DNA of 63,794 bases, counting the filler, from Chiloscyllium plagiosum (lineage: Eukaryota): NCBI RefSeq assembly GCF_004010195.1. It is 7 parts of one record of this genome, joined end to end, with 100 filler letters (N's around TTAATTAATTAA, not from the genome) between each part and the next. Parts side by side here need not be neighbours in the genome. Positions count along the whole stretch, not along the records: positions 53,667 to 63,794 come from NC_057715.1; 6 more parts are not named here. One strand, given 5' to 3'. The notes below the pieces were generated by a model that made no database searches, had not been told where the DNA came from, and worked only from the letters and a program-made list of their open reading frames with translations. The translations under genes were made by a program, and so were the position numbers. Of the stretch, positions 61,445 through 63,794 are shown piece after piece. Numbering within the stretch: the stretch's first letter is position 1; every line of letters starts with the position of its first letter.

Positions 61445-61632
61445 TTCTTCCCTGTTTATGTCATTAAACTGCTTTGGGCACTAAATCCATGATCATGATT
61501 CACACTCCTGCTGCTAATCTCCAACCATATCTTTGTTTTACTAGTCAGACTCTTCTTACCAATCTTCAAGAAGAGTATCTTCCTGGGGCAGTATCATTTG
61601 CAGTGAGGTGTCACTAAAATCGGGCAGCATTT
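61445..61632 (-). pseudogene. Decayed Myb/SANT-like (trihelix) ORF of Harbinger type
   Basis: Across frames: PDFSDTSLQMIL, RKILF...KTKIWLEISSRSV and SWI*CPKQFNDINR (compare the consensus-like RFS..EL...W.EIA...RT..QC.K.WNDL). Confidence 0.55.
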
Positions 61633-62842
61633 TTGAATATTTCACTCTGTTGTGACAATTTGTTCTATCCTATGCCCAACTCCAGAATCCACCATATATC
61701 ATGTTTGCAATGTCCCTTTAACTTGAATATAAATTAGCTCCTTTAGATCAGCTCAAGCTAATTTGTCATGAAACTAGGAAATAATATAATGTAGTGGCTG
61801 AGTCAAAAAGTACTACATGCATTACCAAATCTCTTCAACTCCCCGCACCTTATCCCTGCATATTGCCAACCCGTTAAGCCTACACTAATATATCTGAGCT
61901 CCTTCCTCATAGGTATTTTTCCCATTCCTTTCATTACTTAAGATGTTATTTTAATAACCATGGTAACATTTTGAATATGATCATGTCATGATTAATCAGG
62001 ATTGAAATGGGGGAGAGAGCAGAGTCTTACAATGGGGTGGTAGCATGGAAGAGATTAGCTGATATTGTTGTCACTAACAGTGGTGCCAGGCTAGGAATCA
62101 GGGATGGTGAGCAGGAGGTGTAATTGTCTACTCGTCTCAGGAGTGAGAAGCCACAATTAGTGGGAGGTTTCCTTGAGACAAGGGGTAGGGGATGTCTCCT
62201 GCTCCTCCTGGGCCCCAAGAAGTGCTCAAAAAATGTACCTACCTTCCATTGCCAGGTGCCCCTGTTTCTATTTCACTGCTGGTTTTCCCATGCCCTGAGA
62301 AACGCATTGTGTTAAATTTAAATCAGGCTCTGATTATACTGTGAAAGCTAACAAAATATCCTGTCTCTCCAAGTTAAGGTACAAAAAAACAGCTGAAATT
62401 TTCTCTTGAAAAATGGCAGATGTGTTTCTATTAAATGGCAAATTCTGAAAGTCAGCAGAGAGAGCCATCTACTGGCATCTGACCTCAAAACTATCAACAA
62501 GCATATTCTTATAGAGTTTATTATTTCTTTTGCTGAAATGGCGTAATTTAACTTTCCAGAAGTCCTATAAATTTTCTAAAATTAGAAATGCAAAGCTACA
62601 TAAATATAGTGATAGTTATCATAGACCCAGAGGACCATAGGGATGCTCTTTCATTACAGAGAGATGCCTAATAGTGAGCTTAATTTGAGAGTCACCATGC
62701 ATCAGACAAGGGGCAAACTTGAGAAGGTGTGACCTTTACAGTGACCTCAGCCAGTACAGGAATTGAACCTGTGCAGTTGGTATTATTCTACATTACAAAA
62801 CCAGCCATCCAGCAACTGAGCGAACTGACCCTGTAAATATCA

Positions 62843-63016
62843 TGCTGGAAAAGCGCAGCAGGGTTAGGCAGCATCCAAGGAGCAGGAGAATTGACATTTC
62901 GGGCATGAGCCCTTCTTCAGCCCTCTTGCTCCTTGGATGCTGCCTGACCTGCTGCGCTTTTCCAGCAACACATCTTCAGCTCTGATGTCCAGCATCTGTA
63001 GTCCTCACTTTCTCCT
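62843..63016. mobile_element. Fold-back PLE-derived mini-element with a 14-bp TSD
   Basis: cctgtaaatatcat at 62830-62843 and 63014-63027. Inverted arms tgctggaaaagcgcagcagg and cctgctgcgcttttccagca. Confidence 0.88.
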
Positions 63017-63467
63017 GTAAATATCATACCCACTCAATTCCATAACAACTAATTATAGAATCCAAAAGGCTCAGAACAGCCCCAGGATGTGGCCATAGCA
63101 TAATAATTGGTAATATGGTTGATCCAATGTCACCTGTCATAGTGCAGTAGAATCTTATGTCTTTCACAGCCCAGGTGGAGTTTTGTGGTGGGGGATATTT
63201 AATCAGGAGGGAATGTGGGGAACCCAGATCTGGTCATCTTCTTGATTCCAAATGAATAGGTTTGTGGTGACTTGGTCAGTGGATAGTCTTACAAACCCTT
63301 TGCCAATTGAGACCCTTAAGAGCAAGTTAATGGCTTCATTCCAACACCACTGACATCAAACCAGCATGGGTAAGGAGCTCATTGTAGGGGGAGCATGACA
63401 AGTAACCATCCACATGTTGAATTGCGGTGTGCGTATGGGACTGGTGGGTATTTTTCAAAGACATTCA

Positions 63468-63794
63468 ATAGACAATAGATAATAAGTGCAAGAGTAGGCC
63501 ATTCTGCCCTTCGGGCCTGCACCACCATTCAATATGATCATGGGTGATCATCCTTAATCAGTATCCTGTTCCTGCCTTATCTCCATAACCCTTGATTCCA
63601 CTATCCTTGAGAGCTCTATCCAACTCTTTCTTAAATGAATCCAGAGACTGGGCCTCCACTGCCCCCTGGGGCAGAGCATTCCACACAGCCACCACTCTCT
63701 GGGTGAAGAAGCTTCTCCTCATCTCTGTCCTAAATGGCCTACCCCGTATTTCTAAGCTGTGTCCTCTGGTTCGGCACTCACCCATCAGCAGAAA
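63468..63794 (-). mobile_element. CR1 3' end, young
   Basis: GECRTRGHSLEIRGRPFRTEMRRSFFTQRVVAVWNALP and an (attgtct)n tail. Confidence 0.9.

Overview
This is eukaryotic DNA. The V-SINE/HE1-type SINEs, DeuSINEs and CR1/Penelope content point to a cartilaginous fish, probably a shark (inference). The only host coding sequence I can support is two consecutive phase-0 exons of a sestrin gene on + (6304-6504 and 10349-10531). The gene is SESN3-like but divergent, possibly a separate sesn4-type paralog. No later sestrin exon is recognisable in the remaining ~53 kb. The rest is a dense, nested transposon landscape: many CR1 LINE fragments (one young copy with an intact esterase ORF1 and tandem 5' monomers), L1, RTE and Rex relics, and Penelope-like elements (PLEs) with minimal hammerhead ribozymes. 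It also holds short fold-back PLE-derived insertions with long TSDs, Gypsy pol and LTR remnants, Tigger-like MITEs and a fragmented Harbinger element. Six 100-bp gaps carry an artificial TTAATTAATTAA linker. The best leads are: (i) sestrin substitutions at the leucine-latch His and the proton-relay Tyr; (ii) a family of palindromic, hammerhead-derived mini-retroelements; (iii) a ~440-bp inverted duplication of non-repetitive flank plus a SINE head. Repeat boundaries are by eye and approximate unless stated as exact.
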